NCBI RefSeq assembly: GCF_009914755.1
Contig: NC_060925.1
DNA: 64,000 nucleotides
Reading direction: 5' to 3' (one strand)
Origin: the human T2T-CHM13v2.0 reference genome, Homo sapiens
Shown here: one piece after another, positions 40,101 to 53,500 of the stretch
How the letters are laid out: each line of letters begins with the position of its first letter
Position numbering within the stretch: position 1 is the stretch's first letter
The notes under the pieces: generated by a model
Told to the model about the DNA's origin: nothing
Databases searched by the model: none
What the model saw: only the letters and a program-made list of their open reading frames with translations
Program-made: the position numbers and the translations under genes

Positions 40101-43100
40101 AACACTCTTTTTGTGGAATTTGCAATTGGAGATTTCAGCCGCTTTGAGGTCAATAGTAGAAAAGGAAATATCGTCGTAGAAAAACTAGACAGAATGATTC
40201 TCAGAAACTCCTTTGTGATGTGTGTGTTCAACTCACAGAGTTTAACCTTTCTTTTCATAGAGCAGCTAGTAAACACTCTGTTTATGAAGTCTGCAAGTGG
40301 ATATTCAGACCCCTTTGAGGCCTTCGTTGGAAACGGGATTTCTTCATATTATGCTAGACAGAAGAATTCTCAGTAACTTCCTTGTGTTGTGTGTATTCAA
40401 CTGACAGAGTTGAACTTTCATTTGGAGAGAGCAGATTTGAAACACTGTTTTTGTGGAATTTGCAAGTGGAGATTTCAAGCGCTTTGGGGCCAAAGGCAGA
40501 AAAGGAAATATCTTCGTATAAAAACTAGACAGAATCATTCTCAGAAACTGCTGCGTGATGTGTGCGTTCAACTCTCAGAGTTTAACTTTTCTTTTCATTC
40601 AGCGGTTTGGAAACACTCTGTTTGTAAAGTCTGCACGTGGAAATTTTGACCACTTAGAGGCCTTCGTTGGAAACGGGTTTTTTTCATGTAAGGCTAGACA
40701 GAAGAATTCCCAGTAACTTCCTTGTGTTGTGTGCATTCAACTCACAGAGTTGAACGTTCCCTTAGACAGAGCAGATTTGAAACACTCTATTTGTGCAATT
40801 TGCAAGTGTAGATTTCAAGCGCTTTAAGGTCAATGGCAGAAAAGGAAATATCTTCGTTTCAAAACTAGACAGAATCATTCCCACAAACTGCGTTGTGATG
40901 TGTTCGTTCAACTCACAGAGTTTAACCTTTCTGTTCATAGAGCAGTTAGGAAACACTCTGTTTGTAAAGTCTGTAAGTGGATATTCTGACATCTTGTGGC
41001 CTTCGTTGGAAACGGGATTTCTTCATATTCTGCTAGACAGAAGAATTCTCAGTAACTTCCTTGTGTTGTGTGTATTCAACTCACAGAGTTGAATGATCCT
41101 TTACACAGAGCAGACTTGAAACACTCTTTTTGTGGAATTTGCAAGTGGAGATTTCAGCCGCTTTGAGGTCAATGGTAGAAAAGGAAACTATCTTCATATA
41201 AAGACTAGACAGAATGATTCTCAGAAAATCTTTTGTGATGTGTGCGTTCAACTCACAGAGTTTAACTTTTCTTCTCATAGAGCAGTTAGGAAACACTCTG
41301 TTTGTAAAGTCTGCAAGTGGATATTCAGACCTCTTTGAGGCCTTCGTTGGAAACGGGATTTCTTCATATTATGCTAGACAGAATAATTCTCAGTAACTTC
41401 CTTGTGTTGTGTGTATTCAACTCACAGAGTTGAACGATCCTTTACACAGAGCAGACTTGAAACACTCTTTTTGTGGAATTTGCAAGTGGAGATTTCAGCC
41501 GCTTTGAGGTCAATAGTAGAAAAGGAAATATCTTCGTAGAAAAACTAGACAGAATGATTCTCAGAAACTCCTTTGTGATGTGTGTGTTCAACTCACAGAG
41601 TTTAACCTTTCTTTTCATAGAGCAGTTAGTAAACACTCTGTTTATAAAGTCTGCAAGTGGATATTCAGACCCCTTTGAGGCCTTCGTTGGAAACGGGATT
41701 TCTTCATATTATGCTAGACAGAAGAATTCTCAGTAACTTCCTTGTGTTGTGTGTATTCAACTGACAGAGTTGAACTTTCATTTAGAGAGAGCAGATTTGA
41801 AACAGTGTTTTTGTGGAATTTGCAAGTGGAGATTTCAAGCGCTTTGGGGCCAAAGGCAGAAAAGGAAATATCTTCGTATAAAAACTAGACAGAATCATTC
41901 TCAGAAACTGCTGCGTGATGTGTGCGTTCAACTCTCAGAGTTTAACTTTTCTTTTCATTCAGCGGTTTGGAAACACTCTGTTTGTAAAGTCTGCACGTGG
42001 AAATTTTGACCACTTAGAGGCCTTCGTTGGAAACGGGTTTTTTTCATGTAAGGCTAGACAGAAGAATTCCCAGTAACTTCCTTGTGTTGTGTGCATTCAA
42101 CTCACAGAGTTGAACGTTCCCTTAGACAGAGCAGATTTGAAACACTCTATTTGTGCAATTTGCAAGTGTAGTTTTCAAGCTCTTTAAGGTCAATGGCAGA
42201 AAAGAAAATATCTTCGTTTCAAAACTAGACAGAATCATTCCCACAAACTGCGTTGTGATGTGTTCGTTCAACTCACAGAGTTTAACCTTTCTGTTCATAG
42301 AGCAGTTAGGAAACACTCTGTTTGTAAAGTCTGTAAGTGGATATTCTGACATCTTGTGGCCTTCGTTGGAAACGGGATTTCTTCATATTCTGCTAGACAG
42401 AAGAATTCTCAGTAACTTCCTTGTGTTGTGTGTATTCAACTCACAGAGTTGAACGATCCTTTACACAGAGCAGACTTGAAACACTCTTTTTGTGGAATTT
42501 GCAAGTGGAGATTTCAGCCGCTTTGAGGTCAATGGTAGAAAAGGAAACTATCTTCATATAAAGACTAGACAGAATGATTCTCAGAAAATCTTTTGTGATG
42601 TGTGCGTTCAACTCACAGAGTTTAACTTTTCTTCTCATAGAGCAGTTAGGAAACACTCTGTTTGTAAAGTCTGCAAGTGGATATTCAGACATCTTTGAGG
42701 CCTTCGTTGGAAACGGGATTTCTTCATATTCTGCTAGACAGAAGAATTCTCAGTAACTTCCTTGGGTTGTGTGTATTCAACTCACAGAGTTGAAGGATCC
42801 TTTACAGAGAGCAGGCTTGAAACACTCTTTTTGTCGAATTTGCAAGTGGAGATTTCAGCCGCTTTGAGGTCAATGGTAGAATAGGAAATATCTTCTTATA
42901 GAAACTAGACAGAATGATTCTCATAAACTCCTTTGTGATGTGTGCGTTCAACTCACAGAGTTTAACCTTTCTTTTCATAGAGCAGTTAGGAAACACTCTG
43001 TTTGTAAAGTCTGCAAGTGGATATTCAGACCTCCTTGAGGCCTTCGTTGGAAACGGGATTTCTTCATATTCTGCTAGACAGAAGAATTCTCAGTAACTTC

Positions 43101-44559
43101 CTTGTGTTGTGTTTATTCAACTCACAGAGTTGAATGATCCTTTACACAGAGCAGACTTGAAACACTCTTTTTGTGGAATTTGCAAGTGGAGATTTCAGCC
43201 GCTTTGAGGTCAACGGTAGAAAAGTAAATATCTTCGTATAAAGACTAGACAGAATGATTCTCAGAAACTCCTTTGTGATGTGTGCGTTCAACTCACAGAG
43301 TTTAACCTTTCTGTTCATAGAGCAGTTAGGAAACACTCTGTTTGTAAAGTCTGCAAGTGGATATTCAGACATCTTTGAGGCCTTCGTTGGAAACGGGATT
43401 TCTTCATATTCTGCTAGACAGAAGAATTCTCAGTAACTTCCTTGTGTTGTGAGTATTCAACTCACAGAGTTGAACGATCCTTTACACAGAGCAGACTTGA
43501 AACACTCTTTTTGTGGAATTTGCAAGAGGAGATTTCAGCCGCTTTGAGGTCAATAGTAGAAAAGGAAATATCTTCGTAGAAAAACTAGACAGAATGATTC
43601 TCAGAAACTCCTTTGTGATGTGTGTGTTCAACTCACAGAGTTTAACCTTTCTTTTCATAGAGCAGTTAGTAAACACTCTGTTTATAAAGTCTGCAAGTGG
43701 ATATTCAGACCCCTTTGAGGCCTTCGTTGGAAACGGGATTTCTTCATATTATGCTAGACAGAAGAATTCTCAGTAACTTCCTTGTGTTGTGTGTATTCAA
43801 CTGACAGAGTTGAACTTTCATTTGGAGAGAGCAGATTTGAAACACTGTTTTTGTGGAATTTGCAAGTGGAGATTTCAAGCGCTTTGGGGCCAAAGGCAGA
43901 AAAGGAAATATCTTCGTATAAAAACTAGACAGAATCATTCTCAGAAACTGCTGCGTGATGTGTGCGTTCAACTCTCAGAGTTTAACCTTTCTTTTCATTC
44001 AGCGGTTTGGAAACACTCTGTTTGTAAAGTCTACACGTGGATATTTTGACCACTTAGAGGCCTTCGTTGGAAACGGGTTTTTTTCATGTAAGGCTAGACA
44101 GAAGAATTCCCAGTAAATTCCTTGTGTTGTGTGCATTCAACTCACAGAGTTGAACGTTCCCTTAGACAGAGCAGATTTGAAACACTCTATTTGTGCAATT
44201 TGCAAGTGTAGATTTCAAGCGCTTTATGGTCAACGGCAGAAAAGGAAATATCTTCGTTTCAAAACTAGACAGAATCATTCCCACAAACTGCGTTGTGATG
44301 TGTTCGTTCAACTCACAGAGTTTAACCTTTCTGTTCATAGAGCAGTTAGGAAACACTCTGTTTGTAAAGTCTGTAAGTGGATATTCTGATATCTTGTGGC
44401 CTTCGTTGGAAACGGGATTTCTTCATATTCTGCTAGACAGAAGAATTCTCAGTAACTTCCTTGTGTTGTGTGTATTCAACTCACAGAGTTGAACGATCCT
44501 TTACACAGAGCAGACTTGAAACACTCTTTTTGTGGAATTTGCAAGTGGAGATTTCAGCC

Positions 44560-47500
44560 GCTTTGAGGTCAATGGTAGAAAAGTAAATATCTTCGTATAA
44601 AGACTAGACAGAATGATTCTCAGAAACTCCTTTGTGATGTGTGCGTTCAACTCACAGAGTTTAACCTTTCTGTTCATAGAGCAGTTAGGAATCACTCTGT
44701 TTGTAAAGTCTGCAAGTGGATATTCAGACCTCCTTGAGGCCTTTGTTGGAAACGGGATTTCTTCATATTCTGCTAGACAGAAGAATTCTCAGTAACTTCC
44801 TTGTGTTGTGTGTATTCAACTCACAGAGTTGAACGATCCTTTACACAGAGCAGACTTGAAACACTCTTTTTGTGGAATTTGCAAGTGGAGATTTCAGCCG
44901 CTTTGAGGTCAATAGTAGAAAAGGAAATATCTTCGTAGAAAAACTAGACAGAATGATTCTCAGAAACTCCTTTGTGATGTGTGTGTTCAACTCACAGAGT
45001 TTAACCTTTCTTTTCATAGAGCAGTTAGTAAACACTCTGTTTATAAAGTCTGCAAGTGGATATTCAGACCCCTTTGAGGCCTTCGTTGGAAACGGGATTT
45101 CTTCATATTATGCTAGACAGAAGAATTCTCAGTAACTTCCTTGTGTTGTGTGTATTCAACTGACAGAGTTGAACTTTCATTTGGAGAGAGCAGATTTGAA
45201 ACACTGTTTTTGTGGAATTTGCAAGTGGAGATTTCAAGCGCTTTGGGGCCAAAGGCAGAAAAGGAAATATCTTCGTATAAAAACTAGACAGAATCATTCT
45301 CAGAAACTGCTGCGTGATGTGTGCGTTCAACTCTCAGAGTTTAACTTTTCTTTTCATTCAGCGGTTTGGAAACACTCTGTTTGTAAAGTCTGCACGTGGA
45401 TATTTTGACCACTTAGAGGCCTTCGTTGGAAACGGGTTTTTTTCATGTAAGGCTAGACAGAAGAATTCCCAGTAACTTCCTTGTGTTGTGTGCATTCAAC
45501 TCACAGAGTTGAACGTTCCCTTAGACAGAGCAGATTTGAAACACTCTATTTGTGCAATTTGCAAGTGTAGTTTTCAAGCTCTTTATGGTCAACGGCAGAA
45601 AAGGAAATATCTTCGTTTCAAAACTAGACAGAATCATTCCCACAAACTGCGTTGTGATGTGTTCGTTCAACTCACAGAGTTTAACCTTTCTGTTCATAGA
45701 GCAGTTAGGAAACACTCTGTTTGTAAAGTCTGTAAGTGGATATTCTGACATCTTGTGGCCTTCGTTGGAAACGGGATTTCTTCATATTCTGCTAGACAGA
45801 AGAATTCTCAGTAACTTCCTTGTGTTGTGTGTATTCAACTCACAGAGTTGAACGATCCTTTACACAGAGCAGACTTGAAACACTCTTTTTGTGGAATTTG
45901 CAAGTGGAGATTTCAGCCGCTTTGAGGTCAATAGTAGAAAAGGAAATATCTTCGTAGAAAAACTAGACAGAATGATTCTCAGAAACTCCTTTGTGATGTG
46001 TGTGTTCAACTCACAGAGTTTAACCTTTCTTTTCATAGAGCAGTTAGTAAACACTCTGTTTATAAAGTCTGCAAGTGGATATTCAGACCCCTTTGAGGCC
46101 TTCGTTGGAAACGGGATTTCTTCATATTATGCTAGACAGAAGAATTCTCAGTAACTTCCTTGTGTTGTGTGTATTCAACTGACAGTGTTGAACTTTCATT
46201 TAGAGAGAGCAGATTTGAAACACTGTTTTTGTGGAATTTGCAAGTGGAGATTTCAAGCGCTTTGGGGCCAAAGGCAGAAAAGGAAATATCTTCGTATAAA
46301 AACTAGACAGAATCATTCTCAGAAACTGCTGCGTGATGTGTGCGTTCAACTCTCAGAGTTTAACTTTTCTTTTCATTCAGCGGTTTGGAAACACTCTGTT
46401 TGTAAAGTCTGCACGTGGATATTTTGACCACTTAGAGGCCTTCGTTGGAAACGGGTTTTTTTCATGTAAGGCTAGACAGAAGAATTCCCAGTAACTTCCT
46501 TGTGTTGTGTGCATTCAACTCACAGATTTGAACGTTCCCTTAGACAGAGCAGATTTGAAACACTCTATTTGTGCAATTTGCAAGTGTAGATTTCAAGCGC
46601 TTTAAGGTCAACGGCAGAAAAGGAAATATCTTCGTTTCAAAACTAGACAGAATCATTCCCACAAACTGCGTTGTGATGTGTTCGTTCAACTCACAGAGTT
46701 TAACCTTTCTGTTCATAGAGCAGTTAGGAAACACTCTGTTTGTAAAGTCTGTAAGTGGATATTCGGACATCTTGTGGCCTTCGTTGGAAACGGGATTTCT
46801 TCATATTCTGCTAGACAGAAGAATTCTCAGTAACTTCCTTGTGTTGTGTGTATTCAACTCACAGAGTTGAACGATCCTTTACACAGAGCAGACTTGAAAC
46901 ACTCTTTTTGTGGAATTTGCAAGTGGAGATTTCAGCCGCTTTGAGGTCAATGGTCGAAAAGGAAACTATCTTCATATAAAGACTAGACAGAATGATTCTC
47001 AGAAAATCTTTTGTGATGTGTGCGTTCAACTCACAGAGTTTAACTTTTCTTCTCATAGAGCAGTTAGGAAACACTCTGTTTGTAAAGTCTGCAAGTGGAT
47101 ATTCAGACCTCTTTGAGGCCTTCGTTGGAAACGGGATTTCTTCATATTCTGCTAGACAGAATAATTCTCAGTAACTTCCTTGTGTTGTGTGTATTCAACT
47201 CACAGAGTTGAAGGATCCTTTACAGAGAGCAGGCTTGAAACACTCTTTTTGTCGAATTTGCAAGTGGAGATTTCAGCCGCTTTGAGGTCAATGGTAGAAT
47301 AGGAAATATCTTCTTATAGAAACTAGACAGAATGATTCTCATAAACTCCTTTGTGATGTGTGCGTTCAACTCACAGAGTTTAACCTTTCTTTTCATAGAG
47401 CAGTTAGGAAACACTCTGTTTGTAAAGTCTGCAAGTGGATATTCAGACCTCCTTGAGGCCTTCGTTGGAAACGGGATTTCTTCATATTCTGCTAGACAGA

Positions 47501-50500
47501 AGAATTCTCAGTAACTTCCTTGTGTTGTGTTTACTCAACTCACAGAGTTGAATGATCCTTTACACAGAGCAGACTTGAAACACTCTTTTTGTGGAATTTG
47601 CAAGTGGAGATTTCAGCCGCTTTGAGGTCAATGGTAGAAAAGTAAATATCTTCGTATAAAGACTAGACAGAATGATTCTCAGAAACTCCTTTGTGATGTG
47701 TGCGTTCAACTCACAGAGTTTAACCTTTCTGTTCATAGAGCAGTTAGGAAACACTCTGTTTGTAAAGTCTGCAAGTGGATATCCGACCTCCTTGAGGCCT
47801 TCGTTGGAAACGGGATTTCTTCATATTCTGCTAGACAGAAGAATTCTCAGTAACTTCCTTGTGTTGTGTGTATTCAACTCACAGAGTTGAACGATCCTTT
47901 ACACAGAGCAGACTTGAAACTCTCTTTTTGTGGAATTTGCAAGTGGAGATTTCAGCCGCTTTGAGGTCAATGGTAGAAAAGGAAATATCTTCGTATAAAG
48001 ACTAGACAGAATGATTCTCAGAAACTCCTTTGTGATGTGTGCGTTCAACTCACAGAGTTTAACTTTTCTTTTCATAGAGCAGTTAGGAAACACTCTGTTT
48101 GTAAAGTCTGCAAGTGGATATTCAGACCTCTTTGAGGCCTTCGTTGGAAACGGGATTTCTTCATATTATGCTAGACAGAAGAATTCTCAGTAACTTCCTT
48201 GTGTTGTGTGTATTCAACTCACAGAGTTGAACGATCCTTTACACAGAGCAGACTTGAAACATTCTTTTTGTGGAATTTGCAAGTGGAGATTTCAGCCGCT
48301 TTGAGGTCAATGGTAGAATAGGAAATATCTTCCTATAGAAACTAGACAGAACGATTCTCAGAAACTCCATTGTGATGTGTGCGTTCAACTCACAGAGTTT
48401 AACCTTTCTTTTCATGGAGCAGTTAGGAAACACTCTGTTTGTAAAGTCTGCAAGTGGATATTCAGACCTCTTTGAGGCCTTCGTTGGAAACGGGATTTCT
48501 TCCTATTCTGCTAGACAGAAGAATTCTCAGTAACTTCCTTGTGTTGTGTGTATTCAACTCACAGAGTTGAACGATCCTTTACACAGAGCAGACTTGAAAC
48601 ACTCTTTTTGTGGAATTTGCAAGTGGAGATTTCAGCCGCTTTGAGGTCAATAGTAGAAAAGGAAATATCTTCGTAGAAAAACTAGACAGAATGATTCTCA
48701 GAAACTCCTTTGTGATGTGTGTGTTCAACTCACAGAGTTTAAGCTTTCTTTTCATAGAGCAGTTAGTAAACACTCTGTTTATAAAGTCTGCAAGTGGATA
48801 TTCAGACCCCTTTGAGGCCTTCGTTGGAAACGGGATTTCTTCATATTATGCTAGACAGAAGAATTCTCAGTAACTTCCTTGTGTTGTGTGTATTCAACTG
48901 ACAGAGTTGAACTTTCATTTAGAGAGAGCAGATTTGAAACACTGTTTTTGTGGAATTTGCAATTGGAGATTTCAAGCGCTTTGGGGCCAAAGGCAGAAAA
49001 GGAAATATCTTCGTATAAAAACTAGACAGAATCATTCTCAGAAACTGCTGCGTGATGTGTGCGTTCAACTCTCAGAGTTTAACTTTTCTTTTCATTCAGC
49101 GGTTTGGAAACACTCTGTTTGTAAAGTCTGCACGTGGATATTTTGACCACTTAGAGGCCTTCGTTGGAAACGGGTTTTTTTCATGTAAGGCTAGACAGAA
49201 GAATTCCCAGTAACTTCCTTGTGTTGTGTGCATTCAACTCACAGAGTTGAACGTTCCCTTAGACAGAGCAGATTTGAAACACTCTATTTGTGCAATTTGC
49301 AAGTGTAGTTTTCAAGCTCTTTAAGGTCAACGGCAGAAAAGGAAATATCTTCGTTTCAAAACTAGACAGAATCATTCCCACAAACTGCGTTGTGATGTGT
49401 TCGTTCAACTCACAGAGTTTAACCTTTCTGTTCATAGAGCAGTTAGGAAACACTCTGTTTGTAAAGTCTGTAAGTGGATATTCTGACATCTTGTGGCCTT
49501 CGTTGGAAACGGGATTTCTTCATATTCTGCTAGACAGAAGAATTCTCAGTAACTTCCTTGTGTTGTGTGTATTCAACTCACAGAGTTGAACGATCCTTTA
49601 CACAGAGCAGACTTGAAACACTCTTTTTGTGGAATTTGCAAGTGGAGATTTCAGCCGCTTTGAGGTCAATGGTAGAAAAGGAAACTATCTTCATATAAAG
49701 ACTAGACAGAATGATTCTCAGAAAATCTTTTGTGATGTGTGCGTTCAACTCACAGAGTTTAACTTTTCTTCTCATAGAGCAGTTAAGAAACACTCTGTTT
49801 GTAAAGTCTGCAAGTGGATATTCAGACCTCTTTGAGGCCTTCGTTGGAAACGGGATTTCTTCATATTCTGCTAGACAGAAGAATTCTCAGTAACTTCCTT
49901 GTGTTGTGTGTATTCAACTCACAGAGTTGAAGGATCCTTTACAGAGAGCAGGCTTGAAACACTCTTTTTGTCGAATTTGCAAGTGGAGATTTCAGCCGCT
50001 TTGAGGTCAATGGTAGAATAGGAAATATCTTCTTATAGAAACTAGACAGAATGATTCTCATAAACTCCTTTGTGATGTGTGCGTTCAACTCACAGAGTTT
50101 AACCTTTCTTTTCATAGAGCAGTTAGGAAACACTCTGTTTGTAAAGTCTGCAAGTGGATATTCAGACCTCCTTGAGGCCTTCGTTGGAAACGGGATTTCT
50201 TCATATTCTGCTAGACAGAAGAATTCTCAGTAACTTCCTTGTGTTGTGTTTATTCAACTCACAGAGTTGAATGATCCTTTACACAGAGCAGACTTGAAAC
50301 ACTCTTTTTGTGGAATTTGCAAGTGGAGATTTCAGCCGCTTTGAGGTCAATGGTAGAAAAGTAAATATCTTCGTATAAAGACTAGACAGAATGATTCTCA
50401 GAAACTCCTTTGTGATGTGTGCGTTCAACTCACAGAGTTTAACCTTTCTGTTCATAGAGCAGTTAGGAATCACTCTGTTTGTAAAGTCTGCAAGTGGATA

Positions 50501-53500
50501 TTCAGACCTCCTTGAGGCCTTTGTTGGAAACGGGATTTCTTCATATTCTGCTAGACAGAAGAATTCTCAGTAACTTCCTTGTGTTGTGTGTATTCAACTC
50601 ACAGAGTTGAACGATCCTTTACACAGAGCAGACTTGAAACACTCTTTTTGTGGAATTTGCAAGAGGAGATTTCAGCCGATTTGAGGTCAATAGTAGAAAA
50701 GGAAACATCTTCGTAGAAAAACTAGACAGAATGATTCTCAGAAACTCCTTTGTGATGTGTGTGTTCAACTCACAGAGTTTAACCTTTCTTTTCATAGAGC
50801 AGTTAGTAAACACTCTGTTTATAAAGTCTGCAAGTGGATATTCAGACCCCTTTGAGGCCTTCGTTGGAAACGGGATTTCTTCATATTATGCTAGACAGAA
50901 GAATTCTCAGTAACTTCCTTGTGTTGTGTGTATTCAACTGACAGAGTTGAACTTTCATTTGGAGAGAGCAGATTTGAAACACTGTTTTTGTGGAATTTGC
51001 AAGTGGAGATTTCAAGCGCTTTGGGGCCAAAGGCAGAAAAGGAAATATCTTCGTATAAAAACTAGACAGAATCATTCTCAGAAACTGCTGCGTGATGTGT
51101 GCGTTCAACTCTCAGAGTTTAACTTTTCTTTTCATTCAGCGGTTTGGAAACACTCTGTTTGTAAAGTCTGCACGTGGATATTTTGACCACTTAGAGGCCT
51201 TCGTTGGAAACGGGTTTTTTTCATGTAAGGCTAGACAGAAGAATTCCCAGTAACTTCCTTGTGTTGTGTGCATTCAACTCACAGAGTTGAACGTTCCCTT
51301 AGACAGAGCAGATTTGAAACACTCTATTTGTGCAATTTGCAAGTGTAGTTTTCAAGCTCTTTATGGTCAACGGCAGAAAAGGAAATATCTTCGTTTCAAA
51401 ACTAGACAGAATCATTCCCACAAACTGCGTTGTGATGTGTTCGTTCAACTCACAGAGTTTAACCTTTCTGTTCATAGAGCAGTTAGGAAACACTCTGTTT
51501 GTAAAGTCTGTAAGTGGATATTCTGACATCTTGTGGCCTTCGTTGGAAACGGGATTTCTTCATATTCTGCTAGACAGAAGAATTCTCAGTAACTTCCTTG
51601 TGTTGTGTGTATTCAACTCACAGAGTTGAACGATCCTTTACACAGAGCAGACTTGAAACACTCTTTTTGTGGAATTTGCAAGTGGAGATTTCAGCCGCTT
51701 TGAGGTCAATAGTAGAAAAGGAAATATCTTCGTAGAAAAACTAGACAGAATGATTCTCAGAAACTCCTTTGTGATGTGTGTGTTCAACTCACAGAGTTTA
51801 ACCTTTCTTTTCATAGAGCAGTTAGTAAACACTCTGTTTATAAAGTCTGCAAGTGGATATTCAGACCCCTTTGAGGCCTTCGTTGGAAACGGGATTTCTT
51901 CATATTATGCTAGACAGAAGAATTCTCAGTAACTTCCTTGTGTTGTGTGTATTCAACTGACAGTGTTGAACTTTCATTTAGAGAGAGCAGATTTGAAACA
52001 CTGTTTTTGTGGAATTTGCAAGTGGAGATTTCAAGCGCTTTGGGGCCAAAGGCAGAAAAGGAAATATCTTCGTATAAAAACTAGACAGAATCATTCTCAG
52101 AAACTGCTGCGTGATGTGTGCGTTCAACTCTCAGAGTTTAACTTTTCTTTTCATTCAGCGGTTTGGAAACACTCTGTTTGTAAAGTCTGCACGTGGATAT
52201 TTTGACCACTTAGAGGCCTTCGTTGGAAACGGGTTTTTTTCATGTAAGGCTAGACAGAAGAATTCCCAGTAACTTCCTTGTGTTGTGTGCATTCAACTCA
52301 CAGATTTGAACGTTCCCTTAGACAGAGCAGATTTGAAACACTCTATTTGTGCAATTTGCAAGTGTAGATTTCAAGCGCTTTAAGGTCAACGGCAGAAAAG
52401 GAAATATCTTCGTTTCAAAACTAGACAGAATCATTCCCACAAACTGCGTTGTGATGTGTTCGTTCAACTCACAGAGTTTAACCTTTCTGTTCATAGAGCA
52501 GTTAGGAAACACTCTGTTTGTAAAGTCTGTAAGTGGATATTCGGACATCTTGTGGCCTTCGTTGGAAACGGGATTTCTTCATATTCTGCTAGACAGAAGA
52601 ATTCTCAGTAACTTCCTTGTGTTGTGTGTATTCAACTCACAGAGTTGAACGATCCTTTACACAGAGCAGACTTGAAACACTCTTTTTGTGGAATTTGCAA
52701 GTGGAGATTTCAGCCGCTTTGAGGTCAATGGTCGAAAAGGAAACTATCTTCATATAAAGACTAGACAGAATGATTCTCAGAAAATCTTTTGTGATGTGTG
52801 CGTTCAACTCACAGAGTTTAACTTTTCTTCTCATAGAGCAGTTAGGAAACACTCTGTTTGTAAAGTCTGCAAGTGGATATTCAGACCTCTTTGAGGCCTT
52901 CGTTGGAAACGGGATTTCTTCATATTCTGCTAGACAGAATAATTCTCAGTAACTTCCTTGTGTTGTGTGTATTCAACTCACAGAGTTGAAGGATCCTTTA
53001 CAGAGAGCAGGCTTGAAACACTCTTTTTGTCGAATTTGCAAGTGGAGATTTCAGCCGCTTTGAGGTCAATGGTAGAATAGGAAATATCTTCTTATAGAAA
53101 CTAGACAGAATGATTCTCATAAACTCCTTTGTGATGTGTGCGTTCAACTCACAGAGTTTAACCTTTCTTTTCATAGAGCAGTTAGGAAACACTCTGTTTG
53201 TAAAGTCTGCAAGTGGATATTCAGACCTCCTTGAGGCCTTCGTTGGAAACGGGATTTCTTCATATTCTGCTAGACAGAAGAATTCTCAGTAACTTCCTTG
53301 TGTTGTGTTTACTCAACTCACAGAGTTGAATGATCCTTTACACAGAGCAGACTTGAAACACTCTTTTTGTGGAATTTGCAAGTGGAGATTTCAGCCGCTT
53401 TGAGGTCAATGGTAGAAAAGTAAATATCTTCGTATAAAGACTAGACAGAATGATTCTCAGAAACTCCTTTGTGATGTGTGCGTTCAACTCACAGAGTTTA

